From an uncultured Phascolarctobacterium sp. (GTDB lineage Bacteria; Bacillota; Negativicutes; Acidaminococcales; Acidaminococcaceae), in contig NZ_CAADXO010000012.1 in assembly GCF_900753045.1 (NCBI RefSeq), positions 36,588-100,587 on the forward strand: a DNA stretch of 64,000 nucleotides, read 5' to 3'. A model generated the notes under the pieces. That model was not told the origin of the DNA and made no database searches. It worked only from the letters and a program-made list of their open reading frames with translations. How positions within the stretch are numbered: position 1 is the stretch's first letter; each line of letters opens with the position of its first letter. The position numbers and the translations under genes are program-made. Of this stretch, positions 63,967 through 64,000 are shown piece after piece.

Positions 63967-64000
63967 ATGTCAACAACAGCAAAAGCTTTTCTAATAAGCT
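63967..64000 (+). CDS. Start of the next late gene (tail fibre expected by synteny), truncated by the window end
   Basis: RBS GGGAGGA then ATG; MSTTAKAFLIS... Only 11 codons are visible. Confidence 0.3.
   Translation, partial: MSTTAKAFLIS

Larger units (their letters stand above)
31001..64000. mobile_element. Integrated temperate T7-like prophage; left junction visible, right end beyond the window
   Basis: GC falls abruptly from about 57% to about 42% just upstream of purL. An integrase lies at the left end, and T7-collinear early, DNA-metabolism and structural modules run rightward up to a gp16 homologue at the window edge. Confidence 0.85.

Overview
The window is about 31 kb of host chromosome followed by about 33 kb of an integrated prophage that runs off the right edge. 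The host part is high-GC (roughly 55-58%) with strong AGGAGG ribosome-binding sites and a dprA-topA-trmFO gene order, which looks like Firmicutes/Clostridia. GC then drops to about 42% at about 31.0 kb, immediately upstream of the purL start. From there to the window end the sequence is a temperate phage whose replication and structural modules are collinear with coliphage T7. Prophage calls, in order: tyrosine integrase, an Arc/CopG-type ribbon-helix-helix (RHH) regulator, palindromic operators (TGTAGCTACA), a block of small early genes, a single-subunit T7-type RNA polymerase, dUTPase, gp2.5-like SSB, endonuclease I, a T7-lysozyme homologue that has lost two of its three zinc ligands, gp4-like primase-helicase, a DNA polymerase split by a group I intron carrying an HNH endonuclease, a C5-cytosine-methyltransferase-like protein with a degenerate SAM motif, ThyX, 5'-3' exonuclease, gp6.7-like proteins, portal, scaffold, major capsid, tail tube A/B, and internal core proteins gp14/15/16. 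The gp15 homologue carries a peptidase-M15 domain and the gp16 homologue carries an HExxH motif. Tail fibre, lysis genes, terminase and attR must lie beyond the window. Host-side calls: a hicAB pair at the left edge, cstA, pduL, lexA, two macro-domain proteins, an ADP-ribosylglycohydrolase, an orphan hicB-like gene, an M16 peptidase, a bile-acid:sodium symporter (BASS) family transporter, XRE and WYL regulators, trmFO, topA, dprA, a GT28 glycosyltransferase, a nicotinate-PRTase-family enzyme, hydF, a DUF4143 ATPase and purL. No CRISPR arrays, rRNA or tRNA genes were seen. All calls rest on reading the sequence and remembered family motifs; no database search was run.
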